A stretch of 63,898 bases of DNA, filler included, from Asterionella formosa (Eukaryota): the NCBI GenBank assembly GCA_002256025.1. It is 5 parts of 5 records of this genome, joined end to end, with 100 filler letters (N's around TTAATTAATTAA, not from the genome) between each part and the next. Parts side by side here need not be neighbours in the genome. Positions count along the whole stretch, not along the records: positions 31,063 to 60,056 come from NKIB01001105.1; positions 60,157 to 61,977 come from NKIB01001106.1; positions 62,078 to 63,898 come from NKIB01001107.1; 2 more parts are not named here. One strand, given 5' to 3'. The translations under genes were made by a program, and so were the position numbers. Of this stretch, positions 52,598 through 63,898 are shown one piece after another; positions within the stretch are counted from its first letter, which is position 1; each line of letters begins with the position of its first letter. The notes beneath the pieces were generated by a model. It had not been told where the DNA came from, did not search any database, and worked only from the letters and a program-made list of their open reading frames with translations.

Positions 52598-52996
52598 GAA
52601 CAACACACTTGCTGGGCTTTCAGTTTCTATAAACAAAAAGTACGCAGTTAAGAGTCAAACAGGTCAAACCGACAACAAGGACATAATATTAGTTTTGTAG
52701 GAGCGATGCACAAGAAAAATATTTTTTAAGATATGAAAATAGTGGTTTCACAACGACAGAAAATTTCACAGCAAATTAAATTGTGCAAACATTAGTTTAG
52801 CTCGCTCTTCAATTAGCTAACTCTTCATTATACCTCCTTCTTGACACAAAAGATATTTGAATAATGTGCCACAGTACAAAACCGGTAGATCATCATAAAC
52901 AACTACCGGTATTCCATCCAATAGGGATTTGCTTCAACCCCACTCAACGATCAAAACACCACCTCCCACAATCCAATATTCATCCAACTTTTCACT

Positions 52997-54997
<2,001 letters not shown>

Positions 54998-56336
54998 CTA
55001 TCAGTACTTACTGACGTACGTACGTATGGTACCGGAGTGCCTGATGGTAGAACATGAACTGGTACCAATACCTTGCACCAGGGTGTAACTAAGATATGTA
55101 CAGTCTACACTATTATGCAGCATGAAGTCTCTGCCGTACATATGTACAAAGGATAGAAAGGACAGTGCTCGTACAGAAAATCTTGCTTCATGTGAATATT
55201 ATACTGGTGGTAACCAGGCACTGTATGGTATGGTACCTGGTAGTCTACCATACAACAATGATTTTACATTTATGTATGCACCCGTATGTAGTACAAAGGG
55301 ATCGCGATCTTCTTTGCTGATGCTGGGACTGTTTGGTGGCCTGCCCAGGTGGTTAGCGGAGGAACGCTATGTATTGAGTACACCGTTAAGTACGTAGGGG
55401 GGAGTCAAGATCCTGTGACAACAGTGACCTGGTAATGAATAATTCGTGGAACATACAGTGATGATATACACATGTAGCTAAATAATCATTTGTCATCACT
55501 ATACATTATACAAATAAAAATGAAACTTTGATGGTTAACTTATATGGACACATAGACTCCTAGTAGTGTGATGCATTATTGTTCCCAATACTTGTTACAA
55601 TATCTGGTGTGAACATGATAGGAAATCATCAATGATACCAGAATGGTTCAAGGATTGCCTAGAGCTGACCAAATACTCATAATTTAATGCAGGGAGCATA
55701 TTACTAGCTACTAGACAGCCTGTTAGGTAATCTAACATACAGCCAGAAAATTCAGGAGGCAAACCAACATATTTTGAATGTTGTTGATTTAGACCTATCC
55801 CCTTACTAGTAACTACCTCCTCACATATCTGAGGCATGCATGCCTACTAGCAGAGCGAAATATCAGAACACAATTTGAGTGGTTGACTACTAGAATAGAC
55901 AATTGGTAGCCAGATAACAAGTGCAGAACCTACACATTTAACGGTAAGCTCGCTTGTTTATGTCTGCAGCAAAAGTGCACAAAGGCAAATTACAGTGACA
56001 GTGAGAAATTAGTTGGAATCCCATCCATGAACACTAACACAACAACAATCCCCTATTCGACTCTTCCGACTACCTATTTTTCTGTGATCATACCGTGCGT
56101 ACCGGTATGTAGCTATACCGGTAGCTGCCCTGTTCCATCTAAGTTGTGAGAGGCAGGATTCGAAAGGCGAACAAAACTAATACAAATTCCACAACTTTCC
56201 CAGAGGAGTACTACATACCGGTATACGGTAGCGCTACCGGGTACACTAGAGCTAAGAAAATAGTTTTGCTCGTCACAACAAATAATGAAAAAAGATCATA
56301 GCATCCGCCTTGCTTTTTCCCATCACCTTCACCACC

Positions 56337-57565
56337 ATGGTACCCAAGGCAACTACGAGATCAATACCGTCATGCGCCGCGAAGATTGCTCTTCACACGC
56401 ATTCAGATCTTGTGTCTCCACCAGAACCATTGAACAATAATTCAAGACATGCGCTGATAACAGCAAGTACGTTTAGTTCAGTTTAATTCTGTTCATGATT
56501 TTGCAATCCTCGTCCCTCACTTTTAAATATTTATTTGTCATTTTATACACTCACACTCGCTTTATGCAATGTACCACATACACAGTCGGACCTGTCTCAT
56601 TGTTAGGCGGAACAGCAGCAGTCTACGCATCCGTCTTGCAACACCCATCCTCCACGTTGACCCCACTCTCGGTCCTATACATGCTCTTGCTCGCTATTCA
56701 ATATTCACTCCAGCCCCGCTTTAGCAAAAAGTACATATCTCCCGACACTTCCAAACAATCCGTCGCTCTTGTGGAAGAAATTGTCAAAACAGCCATGGCG
56801 GCTGCAGTGTTTTTTGCCAAACCAAATACTACTACCCAGGGATGGACTCTCTCGTCGTCACTATCGGTGGCTGCCGTACCTGCAATACTGTATGCCTTCC
56901 AGGGGGTATTGCAATACAAGTCTCATCAACATTTAGATCCTGTTACATTCAATGGACTATCTCAAACAAAGACTCTATCAGCTGCGTTGTGTTGCTTTTT
57001 AATATTGGGGACCAAGCAATCTCCCCTACAACTGTTGGCACTGGTGCTATTGTTTGGGAGTTCTCTTGTCTTTCAAGGAAATGCTACTACTGGGAAGAAC
57101 AGAGAAGATTCCTTTGTATTGGGGATTATACCGTGTCTGGGAGCTACTTTTTTAAGTGGCTTGGCAGGAGCCTTGTCACAAAAGGGATTGCAACTGGCGG
57201 GTGGTCATGGGCGAGATGCTTTCTTGTATACCATGGAAGTGAGCTTCTATTCTGCATTGACCCTACTGATATCTAGTATCATAACCAACAAGCAAACCAA
57301 CAAAAAATATCATTCATGGTTCCAAGGATGGACGTATCAGACGTGGATTCCAATTGTTTTTAAAGCAGCTGGTGGGGTATTGACAGCGTTGGTACATAAA
57401 TATGCTGGGAGTGTTGCCAAGGGATTTGCACTCATGTTTGGATTAGTTTTATCGCAATTGGTGCAATCCATGATTCATGAGCAAGATGTTACACCATCAC
57501 AACTACTTGGAACCGTGTTGGTGATGATTAGTGGGTGGATGCACTTTACAAATCCTCCAATGTAA
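56337..57565 (+). CDS. Nucleotide-sugar transporter, SLC35A (UDP-Gal/CMP-Sia type); exons 56337-56466, 56586-57565
   Basis: E..K in TM2, VPA.LYA.Q, LSQTKTLSAA, SGLAG, GG.LTALV.KYAG..KGFA; GT-AG intron in frame. Confidence 0.9.
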
Positions 57566-58525
57566 AAAGAAAAGGATGAACAAACATACAAGTAGTTTAA
57601 ATGACCCATGGTTTCAGTATGGTTGTATGGAGCTTAATAGTAGACATTATTCACTGAACAATGTATTGACGCATTCTCCCTGAGAAGCAATTACTCACCA
57701 TGAAGGCCATGTGTTACACTGAAATTGAAGAAGGAACCAAAGGGTAAGACTTATTACTTTAGCGTTGACAAGCAAAAATAGCTACTTCATGAATAACTAT
57801 TCTTGTTATAGGAAATATGAAGTAAAAACAAAGCATGCAAACAATTTTGATTTCGGAATAGCAGCATCAAAACTACCGTACCGGTACTGGACCAGGTACA
57901 GTATTGGCACTCCCTTGACTGTGACATCGATCTTTGTTGGAAGCAATCATACCGGTATACCGGTATCTGTTGATTACATGTAGGTACCGTACTCAATGTA
58001 CCGTCTCCATACATAGTAATACTAATGTTATTTGTTACCATCTTGAGTGGTAGGTACGACATACATATTATTATAATAGATAGCCTACGAAGTCCGAACT
58101 CTCTGTAATCGTATCATGCACCAATCATGCATGAGAAAACGCAAACCCCTAATATATCAGGCAGGGAGGGGCAAGCAACTCCGCGCCTTGATCTGGAAAT
58201 GTGCTTATATCCAGGTATAGACTACGTGGTACAAGGTACCTGAATGACATTCAGTAAATACATTTTACTCGTGACATTTAACGGTATATACATATCAGAT
58301 AGACGTATATTTGACAGCTAATACCGGTATCATTTTGGTCTTCACAACCTGTTTGATATATACCGTAGATGCGAAGGGTTGTTGAGTCATTGACCCTCCA
58401 TGATTTGCCATGACTCAAGAATAATAAGCAAGGGTGAACTCATCCAAGGGATCATAAAAATAAATATCACAATATTCTGCCACCACGACTATCCCAAGAA
58501 GTCCATTAAACTTCCAATTGCTGTC

Positions 58526-59080
58526 ATGACTATCTGGTCGCTGAATATTCTCATACAATCAAAGAACTTTGCAGGTGCTGCTGAAAAACTCAGAAATAAA
58601 CCTAGTAGGGCTAACAAGTTCGACAAGGCTGGTAGCCTCCCTATCCATCATGCTTGTAAATGTGGTGCTCCGCCAGAACTTATAAAAGCACTAATCGAAG
58701 CTTGTCCTGCTTCATTGTACACCGAAAATTTTGTTGGTCAGACACCGCTTGATGTGGCAAGGATGAAATACCCTGTAAAAAGTCCTCATCACAGTTCCGT
58801 CATTGCCATGCTTGAGAGAAGTGAGTGCAAAATCAGAGCAACACCGCAAAATGACGATTTACACATAGCAAGAAACAAACCATTTCCTGTGCTGTCTGAA
58901 CTTCCTTCTCGTTCAACATTGCGTGAAGTACGAGTTCCCCCACAAAATGAAGCAGAAATGGATCAACGAACTGGATTCATAGGCCTAGTCGCAAATGCAG
59001 CCGCAAATGCAGTTGGTGAACAATTGGGAGCTGAATTGTTCAATTTCGTCAAAAATGCAATATTCAATGATGACGAGTGA
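58526..59080 (+). CDS. Short ankyrin-repeat protein
   Basis: GSLPIHHAC..GAP.ELIKALI..CP and GQTPLDVA. Confidence 0.75.
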   Translation: MTIWSLNILIQSKNFAGAAEKLRNKPSRANKFDKAGSLPIHHACKCGAPPELIKALIEACPASLYTENFVGQTPLDVARMKYPVKSPHHSSVIAMLERSECKIRATPQNDDLHIARNKPFPVLSELPSRSTLREVRVPPQNEAEMDQRTGFIGLVANAAANAVGEQLGAELFNFVKNAIFNDDE

Positions 59081-60157
59081 TGAGTAATAAAAATTATCAA
59101 TAATCTGGAAAAAGAAGTGATTTCCAGCCCCCACCATGTCACGACCTAGAAACAAAATGGAATGACAAAAGGCTACTCATCCACTCATGTAATACACTAT
59201 TGTTTATTTATATCACATGCTACTTGCTACTATGCTGGCTTTAAATACCATCACACAATTGCAAAAGTAGCTAGGAAAAGATTGTGTCGGCTCAACATAT
59301 CATGCAATGAAATCAGTATTGACACAGTAGATTAGTTTCAACATAGGTCGTTATATTGAAAGGTAGTGTTTGAAGAGGAGTGGTCATATTCATTTACATG
59401 CCAGGGGGTAACAGGTACCAGGTACCTCGAAGACTCATCCTCAACTTATTTGGGTAGAGATGTATGAACAGTCATATGCTATCTGACTTAAAACCACTAT
59501 TCTGTATGCAATTTTACCATTGCACTACTGTACGTTGCATTGAGCATGGTGTGAAAACGAGTATCGAAAATATTATGTATCAGTGATGTGTATTACCGTA
59601 CATTTAATTCCTTGAAAATGATTCCGTGCTACCTGGTACATAAGGGTCGTTCTTATCATTCCGAATTTGCTGTATCATTTCCGGGTTGCGGGCAAAAAGT
59701 GACGGTTGGTATCAAAACACGGTATCAGCAACGGTAACTTGATGGTATCAATTTTGTATCATTGATACAAAATTGATACCTTTTTTGCCCCCTCCAAAAC
59801 GGTATCAGTGATACTGACGTTTTCACGCGGGTATCATTTCCGTTGTCACTAATAAAATAACCGAAAATAAGCCTGCAAGGCAAGGCACCAGTGATAATAT
59901 AAATGGCATATACTATTCCTTCAATTTTATGCTGGCTGCGTACATCGTCCAAGCAACACCATTGATACAATTCTACAGCACCAGACAGAAAGTTATACTT
60001 GGCGATCTTATAACTCCCAAGTGTTTTTGTGTATTTGTTACTACAGATCAGTCATTNNNNNNNNNNNNNNNNNNNNNNNNNNNNNNNNNNNNNNNNNNNN
60101 TTAATTAATTAANNNNNNNNNNNNNNNNNNNNNNNNNNNNNNNNNNNNNNNNNNNNT

Positions 60158-61977
60158 CATACCGGTCAACTTCTCGTATTCGCGTAGAAGTTGCATACGA
60201 AATTTCTGCATTTGCACCTCCCAGTATTCACCATACTTGTCCTCTTTCCAAGCATATTCCACTCCTAGGTGTTTCTGTAGAATACCCTGCTCGGTAATAT
60301 TGAAATCTTCCTTGATAACATTTTTCATATACCGGTACTCCACTGCACTTGGAGTCCCACATACAATACCGTCATCCACGTAATTAACAAGTAGACCATC
60401 AATTTGTCCATCCTTGTTCCGGTGCATAAATAACATAGGGTCGATCTTGCTCTTCGTCATACCTGGTTTATTGGTGACACATTTCGCAAACGTCCTGGAC
60501 CAGCATCGTGGAGCTTGTACTATCCCGTACATAGCCTTCACAAGCTTGCAAACATGTGTATCGGAATCGACTCCGATCAAACCTTGAGGGGGCTCAATAT
60601 AAATGTCCTCATCGACGTCAGCATTCAGAAATGCTGCTTCCACATCAATAGCCTCCGCTCGCCAACCGTTGTACATCGTCACTGCGAGTACCGTTTTGAT
60701 TGTCGCATCGCTTGCAACTGGAGCAAATGTCTCAGTAAAATCGACACCTGGGATTTGCTCATATCCCTTCACGACCAATCTTGCCTTGTAAATGGTCTTC
60801 CCGGTTAACACATCTTCTTTAATTCGAAACACCCATCTCGTTTTTAGTGTTCGCTTCTTAACAGTATCACGTTTGATAACTTTCCACACTCCTCTCGACT
60901 GGAAGTTTTCATATTCTTTGTTGATCGCCTTGATCCACTCTTTCTTGTCTGGTCTTGCCATTGCTTCATCGTAGCTTGTTGGTAATCCTGGATCAGAAGC
61001 CAGACTTGCGTTGTACACAAAATTCACCTGTGTATTCTTCGTAATTTCCTTCATCTTATCCTCCTCGATAACACCAGGCATCTCAGTATCTCCTGAAAAT
61101 TTCACAATTTTCGTACTCGTAGGATTGAACGATGAGTCCAATCTTCGCATTTCACGTGCCAACTTTGCTTGTTTAGACTGAGCACTTTCCGCACGTTTAG
61201 CCTTCACAATTGGGGTATTGGTACCTGTAACCTCGTATTTCGTAGTACCATCTATCTTAGTTGACTGTTCAGTTTTCCTCCCCAATTCTTGCTTGTCATC
61301 ATCTTCATCTTCATTATCGGACACTTCTCGAGGTTCGAACTCGTCGTAAAAATCGTCATGTAACTCTTCATTATCTTCTCGTACTGATATCTCCGTATCC
61401 TGTTGGTTGGTGACTGGTTTGAACATTTTCTCTAGTCCATCCGTTGGTACGTTTGTTCCATGCCACTCACTCCACTTTACGTCACGTGTATTGACCACAG
61501 TATTTGTCTCGTGATTATACATGCGATACGTATCTTGAGAGTGGTCATCTGAGTATCCCAAAAAGACACACTTGATGGAACGTGCATCTAATTTCTTGAC
61601 ACCTTCTCTTATAGTAACCCAACCAACACGTCCAAATTGCCTGTAGAGCTTGTAGGGCCTTCTTGTATTCGTTTCTCCATAGAACACATCATCAGGACTC
61701 TTCTTAGTCACTGAATTCACTGTACTGTTCGTCAATCTTGTCGCAGTATGTACCGCTTCTGCCCACAATAGCCCCTGATATTCATCTGTAAACTTCGCAC
61801 TTAGCATCATAGCGAGTGCTCTCTGACGCACTGTAACAAAACCACGTTCCACAACACCGTTGTGCTGCGGAGTATGAGGTGCCGTAAATTCCATCTTGAC
61901 ACCTTGGTTTTCGCATACTTTCTTTAGTTGCTTGGAGTTCTCACCTGCGTCATCACATCGGACAAACTTAGTCTTAT
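60158..61977 (-). mobile_element. Ty1/Copia integrase-RT segment with open frame (young element)
   Basis: TPQHNGVVER, WAEAV.TA, FLGYS, YKARLVVKGY, DVEAAFLNA, LVKAMYG, YVDD. Confidence 0.95.
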
Positions 61978-62078
61978 NNNNNNNNNNNNNNNNNNNNNNN
62001 NNNNNNNNNNNNNNNNNNNNNTTAATTAATTAANNNNNNNNNNNNNNNNNNNNNNNNNNNNNNNNNNNNNNNNNNNNT

Positions 62079-63898
62079 CATACCGGTCAACTTCTCGTAT
62101 TCGCGTAGAAGTTGCATACGAAATTTCTGCATTTGCACCTCCCAGTATTCACCATACTTGTCCTCTTTCCAAGCATATTCCACTCCTAGGTGTTTCTGTA
62201 GAATACCCTGCTCGGTAATATTGAAATCTTCCTTGATAACATTTTTCATATACCGGTACTCCACTGCACTTGGAGTCCCACATACAATACCGTCATCCAC
62301 GTAATTAACAAGTAGACCATCAATTTGTCCATCCTTGTTCCGGTGCATAAATAACATAGGGTCGATCTTGCTCTTCGTCATACCTGGTTTATTGGTGACA
62401 CATTTCGCAAACGTCCTGGACCAGCATCGTGGAGCTTGTACTATCCCGTACATAGCCTTCACAAGCTTGCAAACATGTGTATCGGAATCGACTCCGATCA
62501 AACCTTGAGGGGGCTCAATATAAATGTCCTCATCGACGTCAGCATTTAGAAATGCTGCTTCCACATCAATAGCCTCCGCTCGCCAACCGTTGTACATCGT
62601 CACTGCGAGTACCGTTTTGATTGTCGCATCGCTTGCAACTGGAGCAAATGTCTCAGTAAAATCGACACCTGGGATTTGCTCATATCCCTTCACGACCAAT
62701 CTTGCCTTGTAAATGGTCTTCCCGGTTAACACATCTTCTTTAATTCGAAACACCCATCTCGTTTTTAGTGTTCGCTTCTTAACAGTATCACGTTTGATAA
62801 CTTTCCACACTCCTCTCGACTGGAAGTTTTCATATTCTTTGTTGATCGCCTTGATCCACTCTTTCTTGTCTGGTCTTGCCATTGCTTCATCGTAGTTTGT
62901 TGGTAATCCTGGATCAGAAGCCAGACTTGCGTTGTACACAAAATTCACCTGTGTATTCTTCGTAATTTCCTTCATCTTATCCTCCTCGATAACACCAGGC
63001 ATCTCAGTATCTCCTGAAAATTTCACAATTTTCGTACTCGTAGGATTGAACGATGAGTCCAATCTTCGCATTTCACGTGCCAACTTTGCTTGTTTAGACT
63101 GAGCACTTTCCGCACGTTTAGCCTTCACAATTGGGGTATTGGTACCTGTAACCTCGTATTTCGTAGTACCATCTATCTTAGTTGATTGTTCAGTTTTCCT
63201 CCCCAATTCTTGCTTGTCATCATCTTCATCTTCATTATCGGACACTTCTCGAGGTTCGAACTCGTCGTAAAAATCGTCATGTAACTCTTCATTATCTTCT
63301 CGTGCTGATATCTCCGTATCCTGTTGGTTGGTGACTGGTTTGAACATTTTCTCTAGTCCATCCGTTGGTACGTTTGTTCCATGCCACTCACTCCACTTTA
63401 CGTCACGTGTATTGACCACAGTATTTGTCTCGTGATTATACATGCGATACGTATCTTGAGAGTGGTCATCTGAGTATCCCAAAAAGACACACTTGATGGA
63501 ACGTGCATCTAATTTCTTGACACCTTCTCTTATAGTAACCCAACCAACACGTCCAAATTGCCTGTAGAGCTTGTAGGGCCTCCTTGTATTCGTTTCTCCA
63601 TAGAACACATCATCAGGACTCTTCTTAGTCACTGAATTCACTGTACTGTTCGTCAATCTTGTCGCAGTATGTACCGCTTCTGCCCACAATAGCCCCTGAT
63701 ATTCATCTGTAAACTTCGCACTTAGCATCATAGCGAGTGCTCTCTGACGCACTGTAACAAAACCACGTTCCACAACACCGTTGTGCTGCGGAGTATGAGG
63801 TGCCGTAAATTCCATCTTGACACCTTGGTTTTCGCATACTTTCTTTAGTTGCTTGGAGTTCTCACCTGCGTCATCACATCGGACAAACTTAGTCTTAT
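62079..63898 (-). mobile_element. Second near-identical Copia integrase-RT segment
   Basis: Same breakpoints as 60158-61977; five transition differences seen by eye. Confidence 0.95.

Overview
Eukaryotic nuclear DNA, most likely from a diatom. Evidence: GT-AG introns, a THIC with a bipartite signal plus 'SSG|F' plastid-targeting presequence, diatom-type LRR proteins and CoDi-like Copia elements. It is a draft scaffold with N-gaps carrying an artificial TTAATTAATTAA linker. Recognisable genes are: three paralogous 2TM/coiled-coil/EF-hand-loop proteins, a DHHC palmitoyltransferase, two ankyrin proteins, a GH26 (beta-1,3-xylanase-like) hydrolase, a membrane LRR protein, a DUF2064/TIGR04282-type glycosyltransferase, a secreted Pro/Ala/Ser/Thr-rich Cys-rich protein with a truncated duplicate, THIC and an SLC35A nucleotide-sugar transporter. 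Between the genes lie many TE remnants: a Crypton-like tyrosine-recombinase element, Copia, LINE, PIF/Harbinger and a Mutator-like transposase. The least explained signals are (1) a 4-copy TIR family whose flanks are inverted rather than direct duplicates, (2) pervasive TA-x-TA palindromes (TACCGGTA, TACCWGGTA) that look like transposon excision footprints, one apparently in-frame in a Copia RT, and (3) a small hairpin repeat built on telomeric TAACCC units. All family assignments come from motif recognition by eye; no searches were run.
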